64,000 nt of DNA. It comes from an uncultured delta proteobacterium. GTDB lineage: Bacteria > Myxococcota_A > Polyangia > Fen-1088. Below are positions 60,877 to 64,000 of the stretch, in pieces. The DNA lies in the NCBI GenBank assembly GCA_963767925.1, contig CAVYGB010000010.1:768001-832000 (forward strand). Reading direction: 5' to 3'. The notes under the pieces were generated by a model. The model was not told the DNA's origin. It was given only the letters and a program-made list of their open reading frames with translations, and searched no databases. Position numbers and translations under genes: made by a program. The stretch's first letter is position 1. The number at the start of each line of letters is the position of its first letter.

Positions 60877-61611
60877 TCAGAAGCAGCTTCCGTCGGTCTG
60901 GCACTGCTGCCCGGCCGCGCAACGATCGCAACACAGTGGACCGCCAAGCGCGTTGAAATCGCAGGTCAACGGTCTTTCGCACTGCTCGGGGAAATCGCAT
61001 CCGTCCCCCTGCTTGAACTGTTCGAAGCACTCGCCTTCGTCGTTGGCTCCGCGGAAGCAAAAGAATCCAGGGGCACAGGCCTCCCCCGGGCGAGCCTGAT
61101 CACAAGGTTGCTGACAACGCGTACCGCCTAACTCGCAGAGGAATGGGCGGCAGGGAGTCGATCGTTGGTTGCACCGCCCGTTGCCGTCACAGGTGCCCCT
61201 CTCAGTCAAATTGCCTCCGCTACATCGTGCGGTCCCGCAGGGATTTCCTCTATGTCTCCGACAGTTTCCACCACCGCACGTACCATCAAAACCACACGAG
61301 TCCGCACTTTGTCCGGGACAAGCACTGTTGCAGCAGACCCTCGACCCACTCCCCGAGTTCACGCAAAAACCGGAAATACAGTCACCGGGCCCATTGCAGG
61401 ATTGACCATTGGGACGCTGGTTCGAGACACACGTGCCCGACCCATTGCACGTACCTTGTCCGTTCTGGCAAGGCCTGCCGCCTTGCGCTACGCATCGGTT
61501 CATGCCCGGGTTGCATGGACTACACTCATTGCTAACATTTGCAACAGCACGACAACGCAATTCCCCGTCCAGGCGTGCCAGATCTGTTGGGAGCGGTTCC
61601 TCAGCCACCAC
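60877..61611 (-). CDS. Cys-rich protein, probably an N-terminally truncated fragment
   Basis: Disulfide-module pattern (NGQSC..CISGFCV..VCCNSAC); no signal peptide or SD; atypically low GC. Confidence 0.6.
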   Translation of the reverse strand: MVAEEPLPTDLARLDGELRCRAVANVSNECSPCNPGMNRCVAQGGRPCQNGQGTCNGSGTCVSNQRPNGQSCNGPGDCISGFCVNSGSGSRVCCNSACPGQSADSCGFDGTCGGGNCRRHRGNPCGTARCSGGNLTERGTCDGNGRCNQRSTPCRPFLCELGGTRCQQPCDQARPGEACAPGFFCFRGANDEGECFEQFKQGDGCDFPEQCERPLTCDFNALGGPLCCDRCAAGQQCQTDGSCF

Positions 61612-61641
61612 AAGACCCCAGGACTTGGAGACGCAAGTTGC

Positions 61642-61670
61642 ACAAGAGCCCAGACAGTCTGGGCTCTTGT
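61642..61670. repeat. Perfect 14-bp inverted repeat (possible terminator or binding site)
   Basis: ACAAGAGCCCAGAC-A-GTCTGGGCTCTTGT, 21 nt downstream of the stop at 61692. Confidence 0.7.
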
Positions 61671-61691
61671 CGACGCCGCTAGTAGGGTCGA

Positions 61692-62673
61692 TTACTCTCG
61701 CTCGCCGATGCTCAAGTTGCTGATGTAGACGTTCCTCGTGGCTTTGCTCGAGCCCCGGCTCCAGTAAATTCCGCCATCCCAGTGAATCTCCCCCGTCGCG
61801 CCAGACAAGGTCGACTGGTGAACCATCTGGCCATCGACGAAGAACCGGATTGGGCCACCATTGCGCCAGTCGATGTCCACGCGGAAGTCGTACCAGCGGT
61901 TAGGCTGGATCTGCATGTGCTCCGTGTTGCCGCCGCACTTGTTGCAGAGAACGTTGAATCGTCCGTCGCCGCGAACGCGAAGCTCGAAGACCGGCCCGAC
62001 ATTGCTTCCGATTGTTTGGGCGAAGAAGGCGTTCATGCTGGTGTTGGGCCACATTGTGCCCCAGGCCAGGCTGACCCGCTTTCCGACGGCGATGTCGTAA
62101 CCGGGATTGTTGGAAAGCCAGCTTCGCGGCTCAGTGCCAGGAGATGTACGGAAGTTGTCCCCGGCTTGCCAGGTGGCCCGGACTACCTTGCCTCGCTGAC
62201 GGAGCGGATCGTCGACGATTTGCATTCGTTCTGCAGGCAAGCCGTTCGGGGAAAGTGAGAATCCAGACATGCCTTGTTCGAAGTCGTTGGCGAAGACGAT
62301 CCGACCCTCTGCGGTGGGGCCCTGGCCGGGGGCCGTGGGGCCGGCGGGGGGAGGGGGCGGCGTCGCCGGGGCGCACGTCGCTGAGGCGGCCGGCGTCAGC
62401 GGGGCGGCCGGCGTCGCTCGGGCGGGCGTCGGCGGGGCGGCCGGCGTCGGGGGCGCGGCCTCCGGAGCCGCCGCTGCCCGCCGAGCCACCAGCGGAGCCG
62501 CCGCTGCCGGCCGTGCCACCGCCGCTGCCACCCTGGGCGGGGCCGGGCGAGCCGCCGCGGCCGCCGCTGCCTCCCTGGCCCATGCCGGGCGGTGGATCCG
62601 CGGGCGGGGCTTCGGCTTCGCAGCCGACGAGTGCGAACACGGCGATGAACGTTCCGACGGTAAATGAGCGCAT
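61692..62673 (-). CDS. Lipoprotein with a C-terminal beta-sandwich polysaccharide-lyase-like domain; frameshift near 62350
   Basis: GGAGG SD, lipobox LVGC, Gly/DAG linker; then FANDFE...EPRS...NRWYDFRVDIDW...IRFFVDG...GIY. Confidence 0.7.
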
Positions 62674-62905
62674 GGTCCTCCGGGTGCTGGGACGAGAGCC
62701 CGCAGCTTCAGCTTGTTCGGCGAGCAGCCGCCGATTTGTCAGGAAAAGTCGCGGCGCGTGCGCCATCCGACCCCGCCTGACACATCTCGTTCCTTAGGAA
62801 GTGACGGGAGGGGGGCCACCGTCACCAGCCTTCCGCCATTCTCGTCTTCTTCACGCCTTGCGTGAGCGCGGATGGCCGGGTCGCTATACTGGCGACCAGC
62901 GAACC

Positions 62906-63493
62906 ATGCATATCCTAGCTCGCCTCGACGAAGCCACGCTGCGACAGCTCCTCGACGAGCTCCTGCCGGTGACCATCCTGCTCGACGACGAGCCCCCCGG
63001 ACCGGGCGGCACTTCGGACGGCCGCTGGGTGGCCATCGAGGCGCCGCGCACCGTCGACTTCGTGGCTGGCGAGGGGCTGCGCCTGGTGACGGGGGGCAAG
63101 ATCCGCTGGCCCGTCTCCGGGGTCCCGGTGGAGGCCACCTTGCACGCGGCCCACATCCTGCTGCGCCCCCTCGTCGTCCCCGACAAATACGGCGGCCGCC
63201 TCGTCTTCCGCCCGGAGCTCGAGGAGGCGGACCTCAAGAACGTGCCCGCTCTGCTCGATCGGGGCGTCGCCGCCCTGGTCAACCGCCAGCTCGAAAAGCG
63301 GGGCGATCAGATCGCCTGGGACTTCGGCCGCACCCTGGCCTTCTCGGTCGCCCTGCCGCCCGCCCTGCAAGGGGTCGAGGCGCTGCAGCTCTCGGTCAAG
63401 TCCGGTCAGGTCACCATCAGCGATCAGGCCATCGAGCTGGCGCTCGACCTCTCGATGCACTTTCGCCACCTCCCCCGCAGCGAGGTCACGTGA
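62906..63493 (+). CDS. Hypothetical protein
   Basis: 195-aa ORF with genome-typical codon usage; TATACT upstream. Confidence 0.75.
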   Translation: MHILARLDEATLRQLLDELLPVTILLDDEPPGPGGTSDGRWVAIEAPRTVDFVAGEGLRLVTGGKIRWPVSGVPVEATLHAAHILLRPLVVPDKYGGRLVFRPELEEADLKNVPALLDRGVAALVNRQLEKRGDQIAWDFGRTLAFSVALPPALQGVEALQLSVKSGQVTISDQAIELALDLSMHFRHLPRSEVT

Positions 63494-64000
63494 AGTAGGC
63501 GATGCGGCCCCGCCCCTGCACGGGGATGCCCTGGGCCGCCAGCACCTCGCTCTGCAGGGCGAACATGCAGCCGGCCGCCTCGTCCATCTTGCGAGCGAAG
63601 GCGATCGAGCCCTTCAAGATCGGGAGCAGGCGCTCCCGGTCCTGGATGCGGGCCGGGGGATATTCGTGCTCGATCACCAGGAAGGTGCGGGCCACGTCGA
63701 GCGACAGCAGCTCGCGGGCGGCGAGCTGGTGGTCCAGCCAGTCGACCGTGCGGTTCTGCAGGTACCCCAGGGGATCGTGGCGGGCGGTGCCGGGCAGCTC
63801 GTGCTCGCAGAACACGGTCTGCTTCTTCCAGGCGTTGGCCTGGTCGGCCGGGCGGGGCGAGGGGCGGCCCCCGCTCCAGTCGCCGCGCTCGATGGTCTGG
63901 CCCCCGTAGCCCCAGCCGGCCAGCCCCCTGGGGTCGATCACCTGCCCCTTGACGTGGAAGCCGCCGATGAGAAAGCCGTAGCCGGCGTCCTTGAGGTACT
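63486..64000 (-). CDS. Hypothetical protein, 3' part only (starts beyond the window)
   Basis: Frame is open from the window edge ([23 protein letters not shown]...) to the stop at 63486. Confidence 0.7.
   Translation of the reverse strand, partial: YLKDAGYGFLIGGFHVKGQVIDPRGLAGWGYGGQTIERGDWSGGRPSPRPADQANAWKKQTVFCEHELPGTARHDPLGYLQNRTVDWLDHQLAARELLSLDVARTFLVIEHEYPPARIQDRERLLPILKGSIAFARKMDEAAGCMFALQSEVLAAQGIPVQGRGRIAYFT

Overview
A very GC-rich bacterial window whose gene content points to a myxobacterium (Myxococcota, probably Polyangia-like). The indicators are MYXO-CTERM-like tails, Cys-rich CDGxDNDCDG-repeat surface proteins, an FHA-sigma54 activator and a eukaryotic-like Ser/Thr kinase. It holds about 50 genes. 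Housekeeping genes (nfo, amt, RluA-family, cysD/cysN, lysA, GreA/B-like, rpmE, prfA) are interleaved with many envelope and secreted proteins. I saw no rRNA, tRNA, CRISPR array, integrase or transposase. About ten genes carry 1-bp indels, mostly in G/C runs, which most likely reflect an imperfect long-read consensus. The best candidate for an undescribed system is a tightly packed minus-strand operon at 10184-17779. It encodes an FHA-sigma54 activator, a di-heme cytochrome c peroxidase/MauG-family lipoprotein, an outer-membrane barrel, a type-1-copper cupredoxin and a receptor-topology Ser/Thr kinase. Upstream sits a beta-propeller gene with a near-consensus sigma54 promoter and helically phased upstream repeats. 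Together these suggest a trans-envelope redox/copper signalling circuit. Other highlights are a TetR-CYP102 operon with a visible promoter and perfect 18-bp operator, a lysyl-oxidase lipoprotein, a VWA/MYXO-CTERM plus FGE-like surface-protein pair, and a low-GC mosaic locus after prfA. All family assignments come from motif recognition by eye; no database searches were run.
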